A DNA stretch of 64,000 nucleotides from Squalus acanthias (taxonomy: Eukaryota), in NCBI GenBank assembly GCA_030390025.1, contig CM059438.1, forward strand, positions 60,328,001-60,392,000. Direction: 5' to 3'. The position numbers were made by a program, and so were the translations under genes. The notes under the pieces are model-generated. The model did not search any database and was not told the DNA's origin. It worked only from the letters and a program-made list of their open reading frames with translations. How positions within the stretch are numbered: position 1 is the first letter of the stretch; each line of letters begins with the position of its first letter. Positions 1 to 12,039 of the stretch are shown here, in pieces.

Positions 1-204
1 AGCTTCTCTCCACGTCCACTCTCCAGGTGTGAAGGCCGCTCTGGAAAGACTCCAGCCCCAGGGCGTTGGGCCAGTGGTCAAAGCGCTCAGGACAGTCCGG
101 GTACGAGTGGGCTTTCTTGCTGACAAAGGTCAGTCTCTTTTTATTTTCGGAGAGTGTCAGCGATGAGTGCAGTGTTTTTTCATCTATGTGCAAGTCTTCG
201 GCAC
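1..204 (-). CDS. BSPRY: BSPRY coding exon 6 (PRY/SPRY domain), truncated by the window edge
   Basis: After a TTTCAG acceptor it reads (G)AEDLHIDEKTLHSSLTLSENKKRLTFVSKKAHSYPDCPERFDHWPNALGLESFQSGLHTWRVDVERS. PERFDHWPNAL is identical to human BSPRY. Confidence 0.95.
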
Positions 205-337
205 CTGAAACAGGAGATTCTAGTTTTATTTCAACTAACAATGTTCGTCCATTAAAGATTTTACACACTGTGGCCACTCTGGGGGTGGGTGGCTTAACTT
301 TTTAGTTTTTTTTTAAAGCTGCATTGTGCTTAAGGTC

Positions 338-755
338 CTGGGTTCAAGTCCCACTCCAGAGACTTGAGCGCATAATCCAGGCTGACACTACACTGCAGTA
401 CTGAGGGAGTGCTGCACTGTCGGAGGTGCCGGCTTTCGGATGAGACGTTAAACCGAGGCCGCGTCAGCCCTCTCAGTTGGATGTAAAAGATCCCACGGCA
501 CTATTTCGAAGAAGAGCAGGGGGGAGTTCTCCCCGGTGTCCTGGCCAATATTTATCCTTCAACCAACATCACTAAAACAGATTATCTGGTCATTATCACA
601 TTGCTGTTTGTGGGATCTTGCTGTGCGCAAATTGGCTGCCGCGTTTCCTACATTACAACAGTGACGCCACTTTTAAAACTACTTCGTTGGCTGTGAAGCA
701 CTTTGGGACATCCTGACGCCGTGAACGGCGCTATAGAAATGCAAGTCTTTCTTTC
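338..755 (+). mobile_element. Deu-domain tRNA-SINE (SacSINE1-like), 5' truncated
   Basis: B box GGTTCAAGTCC, Deu core (GCAGTACTGAGGGAGTGCTGCACTGTCGGAGG...CCTGGCCAATATTTATCC) and an L2-like tail. Confidence 0.85.
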
Positions 756-1959
756 AGAGGTGAAGGTAATAGTGCTGGGGAATGGAACGTTTTACACTTG
801 AGGCCATGGTGTCAGCATCAGGAGATGCAGAGTGAAGCTTTCTCTCTTCTCGGCCCCAATGATACACCTCCACCACAGAACAGTGCCCCCTACTGCACCG
901 GTGTCACATTTCATTCCCATAGCAACCATCGTTAGGCCCATCTCAGTGACGCTGCCAATTAGCACCGGTTTTATGCTGAAGGCCCATACTCACTGGATTG
1001 ACTCGTCCCACACACACTTTCCATTGAACCCTTACAGTCAGTAAACAGAGGACACTTCCACCCCATCAGGCTGAGCCTGGGTCTGAACCCCTGCCCCAAA
1101 GGTCAAGGACCAGTAGCCTAACCCATTGTGCCACCGAGTTCACCAGCTGGGACTTCATTTGCAGAAGAATCACATTAAAAATCACAGACTAAAAAATGAC
1201 GTGAGGGGAAGTGACTGTCTGAACTCACAGTCCTCAGGGTTAGAAGGTGAGGATGGATGGAAGCTCCTTGCTTATTGCCCCAGGTTGATGACTGTGTCCT
1301 GACTGACAAGACAGTTGGTTTAGGTAATCCCTCCCAGTAACTTTGCTCGATCATTTCAAACAAAAAGCATTTTTAAATCCGCAGATTGATGGCAACAACG
1401 GCAGTTTATTGGCGGCCGTGCTTTCAGCTACCGGGGCCCTAAGCTCTGGAATTCCCTCCCTAAACCTCTCCGCCTCCCTCTCATCCTTTAAGCCGCTCCT
1501 TAAAACCTACCTCTTTGACCAGGCTTTTGGTCACCTGTCCTAATATCTCTTTCTGTAGCTCGGTGTCTAATTTCGTTTGATAACGCTCCTGTGAAGCGCC
1601 TTGGGACAGTGTATTACGTTAAAGGTGCTATATAAATGCAAGTTGTTGTTGCTGTTTACATCCCTATCAAGGGATATGGGTCAAAGGCGGGTAAATGGAG
1701 TTGAGATACAGATCGGCCATGATCTAATTGAATGGCGGAACAGGCTCGAGGGGCTGAATGGCCTGCTCCTGTTCCTATGTTCCGTAAAGTTTACAAAATT
1801 TCAGTATATTCCTCATAGCTACAAGAAGTCTGATTGGATCATTTATCCAATCAAATGATTTGAACTCAAACCCCAAACGCACTATTTTAGTGAGAATGCT
1901 GTATTGCTTACTGCTGATGTGAATGAATCAATCAGGTGTTCAGAGATGCACTCACTGGC

Positions 1960-2255
1960 CATAAGAAATAGGAGCAGGAGTTGGCCATACGGCCCCTCGA
2001 GCCCGCTCCGCCATTCAATAAGATCATGGCTGATCATCGACCTCAACTCCACTTTCCATCCGCTCTCCATATCCCTTGATTCCCCGAGAGTCCAAAAATC
2101 TATCTATCTCAGCCTTGAATATACTCAAAGACTCAGCATTCACAGCCCTCTGAGTGAAGAAATTCCTCCTCATCTCAGTCCTAAATGGCCGACCCCTTAT
2201 CCTGAGACTATGCCCCCTAGTTCTAGACTCTCCAGCCAGGGGAAACAACCTCTCA
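1960..2255 (-). mobile_element. CR1 3' fragment
   Basis: Antisense LFPLAGESRTRGHSLRIRGRPFRTEMRRNFFTQR plus CR1 3'UTR. Confidence 0.85.
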
Positions 2256-2337
2256 TACTGCTGGGTTAAGATATTCCAGGGCATTGGAAAGGAGTTATCA
2301 AGAGTTCCGCAGCACACTTAGTGTGCATGTAACATAA

Positions 2338-2517
2338 GGGACTGGATTTTAAACTTGCCCCCTGGGTATGCAGCTCATGTTGTAGATCAGCTGCCCAATA
2401 TAGAAACCACTTGATTTTTATTGACGTCAGAAGAAAGAAAAATCGGGCTGTTGCTGTACTGGCAGCTGATCCACTACGTGAGCTTCACGCCCGGGCAGCA
2501 AGTTGAAAACCTGCCCC
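2338..2517. mobile_element. Foldback (palindromic) MITE
   Basis: About 60-bp imperfect inverted arms, GGGACTGGATTTTAAACTTGC... / ...GCAAGTTGAAAACCTGCCCC. Confidence 0.65.
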
Positions 2518-2736
2518 GTAATATCACCCGCCAGTGGCAAAGTGTGAACTCAGCACCACACAAACAGCCAACTGTAGACAGGGTCGCACAGAGCCAGCTG
2601 AGGGTTTAATCAGTGTCACTATCCACTCCTGGAACACTGGCTCCAGGCCTCTTCACAGCCTGTCACTGGGCTGAGGCGGGTGTTTTATTTTCATCAAAAG
2701 TACTGCACCATTTTCTCGAGGAAACTCCATTGTACA

Positions 2737-3037
2737 ACAGCCCAGCCCAGCATAGCACCACAGCACAGCACAACCCAGCCCAGCCCAGCACAGCACCACA
2801 GCCCAGCCGAGCACAGCCCCACAGCACAGCACCCCAGCCCAGCACAGCCCCACAGCCCAGCACAGCTCCACAGCCCAGCACCCCAGCCCAGCACAGCCCC
2901 ACAGCCCAGCCCAGCCCAGCCCCACAGCCCAGCCCAGCACAGCCCCACAGCCCAGCCCAGCACCCCAGCCCAGCACCACAGCCCAGCCCAGCACAGCCCC
3001 ACAGCCCAGCACCACAGCCCAGCCCAGCACAGCCCAC
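2737..3037. repeat. Pentamer-based minisatellite (CAGCC/CAGCA/CCACAG)
   Basis: Directly visible tandem repeats. Confidence 0.92.
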
Positions 3038-3757
3038 AACGTCATGTACGCTGACGACAGCCAGCTCTACCTCACCACCACCTCTCTCGACCCCTCCACA
3101 GTCTGATTTGTCACGCTGCTTGTCCATATTGGATGAGCAGAAATTTCCTCCAACTACATATTGAGAAGATCGCTCAGTGCGGAGGTTGAGGGAGGAAAGG
3201 AACGAGAATATCACTGGGAGAATCCCAGGATGGAGCTTGGAAGGGCAGTGGGCAATGAGGATTTTAAAGGAGAGGTGAGAGGGGTGAAACAAGGTGAGTT
3301 GCTCAAAGGAGGAGAAAGCACCAGAGGAGTAGCGGGGGGTGCCGAGATAAGGTGTGACTCGGTGATAAAGGCCACGCTGCCACAGCATCCATGATGTTCC
3401 ATCCATCATAAACCTGGCCAGCTATATCGACTGGGCAGGGCAGGTGGTGGGGAGTACAGCCAGGTGGGGAGTCTTCAGTAAAGGGCAAGGGGTCACCACC
3501 AGTGAGCCAAATTTCAGTCAATGCCAGGATGTCAATGGAATGATCCACAGTAAGGTCATGGATGGCAAGGGCCTTTACATCTTTATTGCCTCTTCTGGGA
3601 GATTACATGGCTGTGTTGGGGCGGGGGTGTAGGAAGTGTCTAGTCATGAATGTCAGTGTGGGGCAAGCTTGATGGGCCAGCTGATCTTTACCTGATCTTT
3701 CCGTATGCAATACTCCACTGAGAGTTTCGATCCCTTAACAATTTTCACCCCGTCCCT

Positions 3758-4105
3758 TCAACAACAACTTGCATTTATATAGCGCCTTTAACATAGTAAA
3801 ACATTCCAAGGCATTTCACAGGAGCGTTATCAGACAAAACTTGACACCGAGCCAAATAAAGAGATATTAGGACAGGTGATCAAAAGCTTAGTCAAAGAGG
3901 TAGGTTTTAAGGAGCCTCTTAAAGGAGGAGAGAGAGGTAGAGAGGCGGAGAGGTTTAGGGAGGGAATTCCAGAGCTTAGGGCCCAGGCAACTGAAGTCAT
4001 GGCCTCCAATGGTGGGGCGATTATAATCAGAGATGTGCAAGAAACCAGAATTGGAGGAGCGCAGAGATCTCGGCGGGTTGTCGGGCCGGAGGAGGTTACA
4101 GAGAT
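3758..4105 (-). mobile_element. L2 3' fragment (related pieces at 1410-1652 +, 3040-3575 and 48490-48850 +)
   Basis: Same L2 3' end and tail sequence as the other copies. Confidence 0.8.
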
Positions 4106-4894
4106 AGTCTGTGTAAGACCCTCATTTGCCCCCAGGTTAAGAAACAAAATTCTTACTGGGGTACAATTTGATGAGCATCACTCACCCTCCAGAACTGCGC
4201 CCAAGTGCTCGTTATTGTTGAAGGTACACAACAGTGAATTTGGCAGATTATTCAACTGCAGGGAACACCACATCAAGCATGATCCTTTTTTCCCCACTCG
4301 ATGCCCAAGCATGTGAACTCCAGCAGGGGTCAGAAATAGCAATAAACAGCGGGCACTCTGGCCAATCTTCACCTCCCGAACCCGGGGCTGTGAAGGCCAA
4401 TTATAGCCCATCTATCACTGGGATCAGCTAACTCAGCACAGGCCCGGGATCAAACCTTGGACGCCTCACTGGCTAATCCCACTGATCCACAAGGAGAGCA
4501 CACGGAGGGTTCAAACCAGCCCTTAACATTACATAGGATATACGGCACAGAAATAGGCCGTTTGGCCCAACCAGTCCATGCCGGCGTTTATGCTCCACTC
4601 GAGCCTCCTCCCGTCTTTCCTCATCTAACTCTATCAGCATAACCCTCTATTCCCTTCTCCCACATATGCTCATCTAGCTTCCCCTTAAATGCATCTATAC
4701 TATTCGCTTCAACCACTCCCTCGGTAAAGAAGTTTCTTCTGAATTCCCTATTTCATTTCTTGGTGACGATCTTATATCGATGGCCTCTAGTTTTGCTCTT
4801 TCCCAACAGCACCTGTTTTTTTCAAAACAGATCGCCTTGCTTCTATTTAAGATACAATACACTAAGTAATTATTGTGGGCGAGTTATTACTGAC

Positions 4895-5019
4895 CTGTGA
4901 TGCAGATCATGGCCGCAGATGCCCACAGACTACCGAGGAGGTGACTGTGAGCACAGGCAAGGTTGAAGTTCAGCTTGTTCGAGTCCTCGGGCTCAAGAAT
5001 TCCCTCTGCTTCCTCCGCC
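4895..5019 (-). CDS. BSPRY: BSPRY coding exon 5 (125 nt)
   Basis: (R)[41 protein letters not shown](G), cf. human TEEAEGILDPQESEMLNFN..LW. CCAG acceptor and CAG|GTCAGT donor; phases 2/1. Confidence 0.95.
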
Positions 5020-5074
5020 CTGGAACAAACAATCACGTTCAGAAGAAAAAAACCAGAAATACACACAGAGCAGC

Positions 5075-5620
5075 TGGAGCATTGTGTCCAATTCTGGGCA
5101 CCACACTTTAGGAAGGATATCAAGGCTTTGGAGAGGGTGCAGAGAAGATTTACCAGAACAATCTGGAATGAGGGACTTCAGTTATGTGGAGAGACTGCAG
5201 AAGCTAGGATTGTTCTCCTTAGAGCAGACAAGGTTAAGGGTAAATTTAATAGAGGTGTTGAAAATCAATGAGGGGTTTTGATAGAGTAAATAAGGAGAAA
5301 CTGTTTCCACTGACAGGAGGCTCGGTAACCAGAGGACACAGATTTAAGATAATTGGCAAAAGAACCAGAGGGGAGATGAGGAGAATTTTTTTACCCAGCG
5401 AGTTGCTATGATGACCTGGAACGCGCTGCCTGAAAGGGCAGTGGAAGCAGATTCAATAATAACTTTCAAAAGGGAATTAGATAAATACTTGACAGGGGAA
5501 AATTTGCAGGGCTATGGGGAAAGAGCAGGGGAGTGAGACTAATTGGAGAGCTCTTACAACGTGCCAGCACAGGCATAATGGGCCGAATGGCCTCCATTGT
5601 GCTATACGACTGTGATTCTA
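5075..5620 (+). mobile_element. CR1 3' fragment
   Basis: [28 protein letters not shown]... with frameshifts, then a 3'UTR. Confidence 0.85.
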
Positions 5621-5658
5621 TAACAGTAGACAACAACATAACGGATTCATCTTATAAC

Positions 5659-5813
5659 CAATGTTTCCGTTAAGCTGCACAGCGGTCTGGAGGTCCCGCG
5701 CAGGCCGCTCATCGGCTTTTAAATGGAAAAACCAGGCATGCGCGGAAATCTGAATGGGCCGTGCAGCCTGTTAGAGGGGCCACGCACCCAAAAAAAAATT
5801 AGTGCAAGCATTG
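5659..5813. mobile_element. Small hAT-type MITE
   Basis: Ends CAATG...CATTG with 8-bp flanks CTTATAAC / CTTCTAAC (7 of 8 match). Confidence 0.6.
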
Positions 5814-5964
5814 CTTCTAACCACTCATTGTTCCAATTAAACTCACCTATGCGAGTGCAGTCAACGACAGATAGACACATTTATTTTCCTCCCCTGTAAT
5901 AATGGGAGTTTGGGGGGGGGATACTTATAAACTGCGAAAACTTCGCTCACCATCCAAGTTCCAT

Positions 5965-6550
5965 CAACAACAACAACTTGTATTTATATAGCGCCTTTAA
6001 CGTAGTAAAACATCCCAAGGTGCTTCACAGGAGTGTTATAAGACAAAAAAAATTTGACACCGAGCCACATAAGGAGAAATTAGGGCAGATGACCAAAAGC
6101 TTGGTCAAAGAGGTAGGTTTTAAGGAGCGTCTTAAAGGAGGTAAGAGAGAAGCGGAGAGGTTTAGGGAAGGAATTCCAGAGCTTAAGGCCTAGGCAGCTG
6201 AAGGCACGGCTGCCAATGGTTGAGCGATTAAAATCGGGGATGTTCAAGAGGGCAGAATTAGAGGAGCGCAGATATCTGTGGGGGTTGTGGAGCTGAAGGA
6301 GATTACAGAGATAGGGAGGAGCGAGGCCATGGAGGGATTTGAAAACAAGGATGAGACTTGTAAAATTGAGGCGTTGCTTAACCGGGAGCCAATGTAAGTC
6401 AGCGAGCACAGGGGTGATGGGCGAACGGGACTTGGTGCGAGTTAGGACACGGGTAGCCAGTTTTGGATGACCTCAAGTTTACGTAGGGTGGAATGTGGGA
6501 GGCCAGTCAGGAGTGCGTTGGAATAGTCAAGTCTGGAAATAACAAAGGCA
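5965..6550 (-). mobile_element. L2 3' fragment
   Basis: Antisense LADLHWLPVKQR...FKTLLKTYLFDQAF and a (CAA)n tail. Confidence 0.88.
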
Positions 6551-7168
6551 TCGGTACCGTGAAGCTATCGTGCATGAATTTGTGCCCACGATAATCTTCG
6601 CCATTAACATAGGACTGAAATCTGCTGAAACCCAGATACAAAGATCCATTGGTGCAGGAGAGGTAGGGCAGGGTCGCCAAACCCCCCCACTGTCCTGGAG
6701 TCTCCACGAATTGAAGATTAATCTCCAGGACACTGCAGCAAGCAAAACCCAGGAGAAAAATCACAGGGGCATTAAAAAACAATGGGCGTTTTCTTCAAAC
6801 ACTGTTGTTTCTTAGTTGTAGTAACAGGGGATGGGGGTAAAAAGGCTGTTTGACCGGGTGAGACAACTGGAGTTGGGAGGTCATGTGATGAAACCTCCAG
6901 GAATATGTTCAATCCTGGGCAGGAGGGGGTGTCACGGTTTAACCTGGGGGAAAATGGGGGTCTTACATCACTCGTAGAGGGACTTCAACAGACCATATTA
7001 TGGGTGGCCTAGTGTTACAAAGCCACAGTCGGTGGTCTTGGGGTGGGAGGGGAGGGCAAAAGATTTAAACACAGGTCCACAGGCTTGTTGAAAACTGTAG
7101 CAAGTGGAATGATTTATATTTTGGGGCGGTATCTCCGAGATGCAGGTCACAGACCCTCTCATTCATAA

Positions 7169-8819
7169 TGGCCTGTATTTTCCGATCCCTATGGGTGTGT
7201 ACGATCTGTGTACCCATCCATAGGGGCCTCGCAAGTGCCGGTTTCAAGCATGCGAAGCGCATGCGCTGAAAACCGGCACTTCCGATCTGTCAAGAAGATT
7301 CTTGACAGATCGGACGCCTGCCCTGGAGAAAGGCCTCTGCGGGGGGAGAGTTCCGCTTTCTGCAGAACCTCCGCCCGCAGAAAACACTTAAAAATCTTAC
7401 ACCTGGTAAAAGCGTAAGGCCTGCTTTTACCAGCATAAGAGTTTAAAAAAGTAAAAAAATATATTTTTTTCACTCATTTATAATTTAAAAATACTTTTAA
7501 AAAAGGTAAGTTTATTTTTAGCCCCGTAAAAAACTTTAATTATTTTTTCAAAACATAAAATTTTTGTTTAAAATATTTAGGGGGAAAAATTCAGTATCGC
7601 CCCGTTTGGGGCGCAATTATCGGCCGGGCGCAAAGATTAGCGCCTGGCGCTAATTATCGCCTCCGACTGCAAACTTGACTTTTATCGCCCCGGAGGTGAT
7701 TGGAGCGCTAAATCAGGCGCTACACATCTGTCTTAAGGCGCAAAGGCCGAGGAGCGAGGCGTTAACTCAGAGCGCTGGCGAAGCTCATGTGATGTCAGTC
7801 AGCAATGGAACACAGACACAATAGCCCCGGCCAGTTCTTAAAGGGGAGGGTTGATCTTGCTTTCCATCCACATCCTGCTCATTGCAGCCTTGAATCTCGG
7901 CCTGGAGAGACCTGTACATCAAATCTGCTGGAAAGAACAATGGAGAGGCCCAGGGAAAGAGCTCAGAGTGCAGCCCCCACAGTCTCTTCTAAATCGATAC
8001 AAGGAAGGGCAAATCAAAATTAACCTGCAAAGTGCTGCTCAGTACCCAAAACTCCTTCACACAGCGTTGAATCTCTCCAGAAGTCCCTCTCTCTCTCTCT
8101 CAGAATGCGTGGTTCAAAAATGTCACCAACAAAAAAAGGCAGGAAGCGGTCGCCTTTTAATAGCGCTCCCCCAGTCCCTTCCTGACTGCAAAACGCTCCC
8201 CTCAACCTGTCGTTGCTAGCGGCAGGCGGTAAGGCAGGGGGCGCCACTCAATATCTGCTCCGGGGCGCTACCGGGGCGTTGCACACTCGACTGACGTCAC
8301 AAGCTGCTGGCGCAGGAGACTGTGGCGGTAGTGTTTAGCGCCGCCACAAAATGTCTACTTAATTTCGCGAGCGGCGCAAACATCGCCGCGCTCGGGCGCT
8401 AGTTGCTTTGCGCCCCATTAGCGCCCTCTTAAGGCGCTAACAGGAGGCGCAAGCAACTGAATTTTTCCCCCTTAATTTAATGTAATTTTAAATACGTGAT
8501 TTAAAAAAATGTATGTAATGTTTTAGTGTGTTTTTTGAGTGATCCCCATTCATACTTTTGACAGGTCTATCCGGAGAGACCTGTCAAAAGTATGAAGGAG
8601 GATTCCCTTCTCCCATTGGTTCCCCATGGCCCACATGATCCCAGGGACGCTTGCGAACTGCCTGCGCCCCTGCGATACCTGGGCCTCTGCGCGCGCACAC
8701 CAGGAGAAGCCCAGGATCGGAAGTCTCGGGATCTACGAAGCCAGCAGGTAAGTTCCTAGATTTTTTCCAGATTGGAAGCATCCGCCCGCAGGAAGCCTCC
8801 GATCGGAAAATCCGGGCCA
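7169..8819. mobile_element. TIR element (Harbinger-like) hosting the 7580-8471 insertion
   Basis: TIR TGGCCTGTATTTTCCGATC / TGGCCCGGATTTTCCGATC, flanks TAA/TTA, and an AT-rich core split by the nested element. Confidence 0.75.
7580..8471 (-). mobile_element. Non-autonomous Harbinger element
   Basis: Perfect 16-bp TIR GGGGGAAAAATTCAGT with TTA on both flanks. Subterminal TTAGCGCC/GGCGCTAA motifs are shared, in inverted orientation, with 23219-24140. Confidence 0.88.
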
Positions 8820-9356
8820 TTATTTATATATAATTTTGGAAATGAAATGATTTCATCGTGGCAGGACCTGCAGCGGGTCAATGGGTTCAGTGGTACAGAT
8901 TCTATTCAAGCCAATCTAGGAGCTCCGTCGCTCTCCTTGCAGGAGCGGGCTGAGGATGGAGCAGTTGGGGCTCTATGCCCAAAGGGTCAGGAATTCCCAA
9001 ACAAGATTCCCGCGGTGATGAGGCAAGCCCGGTCTTTACCATGCTGGCCTTTCCTTGGAGAATGGAAGGGAAAGAAAGACTTACAGCCAATTAAGTACTT
9101 TTTTTTTTGAAGTGTAGTCACTGTTGTAATGTAAGAAACAGGAGAATAAGATCCCTAGTGGTAAATACAATGCAATAATCTCTTGGGAGGTCTAGATGAC
9201 ATTGTAAACGCAGGAGAAAAGCTTGATTGGATAAGGATGTGTTTAGTGACACCGCCCACCCGGTGTAATTAACAAGGTTTGTACTGGCCCCGCCAGGAAG
9301 TAATCACCCAACACTTTGCCTGGAATGTGTAATTTGATCCAGTCATTGTCAAGCAG

Positions 9357-9546
9357 GAATAAAAACAAAAAACGCTGGAAATACTCAGCAAGTCAGGCAA
9401 CAGATAGAACTGTTCTGACGAAAGGTCATCGACCTAAAACATTAACTCTGTTTCTCTCTCCACAGTTGCTGCCTGACCTGCTGAGTCTTTCCAGCATTTT
9501 CTGGTTTTCTTTCCAATTTCCCACATCCGTAGTATTTTGCTATTGT
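9357..9546 (+). mobile_element. Penelope-like pLTR fragment with an inverted 5' piece
   Basis: 9357-9400 is the reverse complement of about 9468-9510. The body matches 39705-39835. Confidence 0.72.
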
Positions 9547-9561
9547 CAGGCTGGATGCAGG

Positions 9562-9910
9562 GTTCAGACAAGGCACAGCGCTCACACTCGTGAGTTCAGA
9601 CAAGGCACAGCGCTCACACTCGTGAGTTCAGACAAGACACAGCGCTCACACTCGTGAGTTCAGACAAGGCACAGCGCTCACACTCGTGAGTTCAGACAAG
9701 GCACAGCGCTCACACTCGTGAGTTCAGACAAGGCACAGCGCTCACACTCGTGAGTTCAGACAAGGCACAGCGCTCACACTCGTGAGTTCAGACAAGGCAC
9801 AGCGCTCACACTCGTGAGTTCAGACAAGGCACAGTGCTCACACTCGTGAGTTCAGACAAGGCACAGCGCTCACACTCGTGAGTTCAGACAAGGCACAGCG
9901 CTAACACTCG
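9562..9910. repeat. 32-bp minisatellite, 11 copies (GTTCAGACAAGGCACAGCGCTCACACTCGTGA)
   Basis: Units start every 32 nt from 9562 to 9882 and are near-identical. Confidence 0.97.
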
Positions 9911-10012
9911 GGTCTAGATGACGCTGTAAACTGCAGGAGTAAAGCTCCAATGGGTTATGCCAAGCTCTGTGTTAGTAGCCAGTGCACGCTCTGTATTATT
10001 GACTGGACGTAC

Positions 10013-10038
10013 CTTTCAAATATTTCCTTCTGGCGTTT
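10013..10038 (-). CDS. BSPRY: BSPRY coding exon 4 (26-nt micro-exon)
   Basis: KRQKEIFE(R), cf. human QKEQEIFER. TTTCTCTGCAG acceptor and AAG|GTACGT donor. An 88-nt intron separates it from exon 3. Its phase-2 end fits exon 5. Confidence 0.9.
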
Positions 10039-10126
10039 CTGCAGAGAAAGAAAATGAATTCAGTTAAATAGTAAACGGAAGCAATTCATAAATGGGACTG
10101 GATAGTAATGGAAAACTGTCGCTCAC

Positions 10127-10357
10127 CACAAGTGCGCCGTCATCCGTTTTGGTCAGTGTGTCCACCAGGTAGTTTTTAATGTCTGTTAGCTTCTGCTGGG
10201 ACTCCGTCCAGTAGGTTTTCTGGGTCAGGATGCTCTGTTGGATCTGCTCTTCCTCGTCGTGGACCACCTCCAACAGACGCTGCTCCTCATTCTCGCACAT
10301 TTCGCGTATGAAGTTCAGGCGTTGGATGATCAGTTCCCTGGCACCACTGGCATTAGC
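10127..10357 (-). CDS. BSPRY: BSPRY coding exon 3 (231 nt, coiled coil)
   Basis: ANASGARELIIQRLNFIREMCENEEQRLLEVVHDEEEQIQQSILTQK...DDGALV matches human ARELVIQRL..CESEEQRLLEQVH..QSILTQ. CAG acceptor and GTG|GTGAGC donor. Confidence 0.95.
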
Positions 10358-10477
10358 CTGTTTGCAGGAAGGTGGAGAGAAGCCGTCAGTAAGGATGAGC
10401 TGCAATCAATGGCATTATTCGGAGCAGCGATAACCTCAATCACTCAAGTCATCCCAATCAGCAAAAGCAGCATCATT

Positions 10478-10900
10478 TCAACAACTTGCATTTATATAGC
10501 GCCTTTAACATAGTAAAATGTCCCAAGGCGCTTCACAGGAGCGTTTTCAAACAAAATTTGACACCGAGCCACATAAGGAGCTATTAAGACAGGTGGCCTG
10601 AAGCTTGGTCAAAGACATAGGTTTTAAGGAGCATCTTAAAGGAGGAAAGAGGAGGGGAGATTTAGGGAAAGAATTCCAGAGCTTAGGGCCTAGGCAGCTG
10701 AACCCATGGCTGCCAATGGTGGGGTGAAGTAAATAGGGGACGCACAAGAGGCCAGAATTGGAAAAGCGCAGAATTCTCAGAGGGGTTGTAGCGCTGGAGG
10801 AGGTTACAGGGATAGGGAGGGGCAAGGCCATGGAGGGATTTGAACACAAGGATGAGAATTTTAAAATTGAGGCATTTGGAGACTGAGAGCCAATGTCGGA
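10478..10900 (-). mobile_element. L2 3' fragment
   Basis: Antisense FKILILVFKSLHGLAPPY and the L2 tail. Confidence 0.82.
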
Positions 10901-11142
10901 AGCAATTAAAGTCATTGTAATTAGCAATAACGTTAATCAGTGGCAAGCAGTCAATGATAGCCACAATCAGAAATAAGAACAATATCACTGCTGTGCTAAA
11001 GTATGGTGTGGGATCTCCTAGTGGATAAAGGCACTAGTCAGTGCTCTCCTAAACGGCCATACGAACAAGAAAAAGCCAGGTTTGATTTCTGCATTAGCTT
11101 AATTGAGACTGGGCAGCAATTGATGTGCTACAATTGGCTTCA

Positions 11143-11593
11143 GTGTCAGCTGTGACTCAGAGGGAGCACTCTAGCTCTCTGAGTCAGGAGGTTGTGGGTT
11201 CAAGTCCCACTCCAGGGACTTGAGCACAAAAATCTAGGCTGACACTCCAGTGCAGTACTGAGGGAGCGCTGCACTGTCGGAGGTGCCGTCTGTCAGATGA
11301 GGCTTTAAACCGAGGCCCCGTCTGTCCTTTCAGGTGGATGTAAAAGAAGAGCAGGGGAGTTATCCCCAGTGTCCTGGGCCAATATTTATCCCTCAATCAA
11401 TATAACAAAAACAGATTATTTGGTCATTATCACATTGCTGTATGTGGGAGCTTGCTGTGCGCAAATTGGCTGCTGCGCTTCCTACATTACAACAGTGACT
11501 ACACTTCAAAAAGCACTTCATTGACTGTAAAGCACTTTGGGACGTCCTGAGGTTGTGAAAGGCGCTATAGAAATGCAAGTCTTTCTTTTCTTT
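11143..11593 (+). mobile_element. Deu-domain tRNA-SINE, full length
   Basis: tRNA-like head, Deu core and AAGGCGCTATAGAAATGCAAG tail. Confidence 0.88.
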
Positions 11594-12039
11594 CAGCACC
11601 CATTGCTAGAGCGCCTTTTACAACCGCAAGACGTCCCAAAACACTTTACAGCCATTAAAGTACTTTGGAAGTGCAGTAACTACTGTAATGTAGCAAGCTC
11701 CCACAAACAGAATTGAGGTAATGACCGGATCATCTCTGTTTTTGATCAAGGTAAGTTGTGAGGAATGGCGGGGTGGGGGGGGGGGGGGGGGCGTCACAAT
11801 CACGGAGGGTCGGGGTCCTGGGGCAATAGCGGCCTGGATATTTTTTGTGAGCTCTCCGGGGCATCTCTAGAATAATTGGACACTTAGCTTTGGCAGGGCC
11901 TCTTCGGTTCCATCGCCCGTGGAACTGGTTGGAGCCGGTGCTTCACTCGAACTCTGTAAGGGAGAGCACGAGGGAGCAAGGTCAGCTACACCAAGGGCAC
12001 ATCAGGAAACTTGGTGGGACAGAGGCAGGAAAGAAATCA

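Noticed and set aside
9562..9910. CRISPR-like 32-bp repeats
   Set aside because: Head-to-tail with no spacers, in a eukaryotic intron, with no cas genes.
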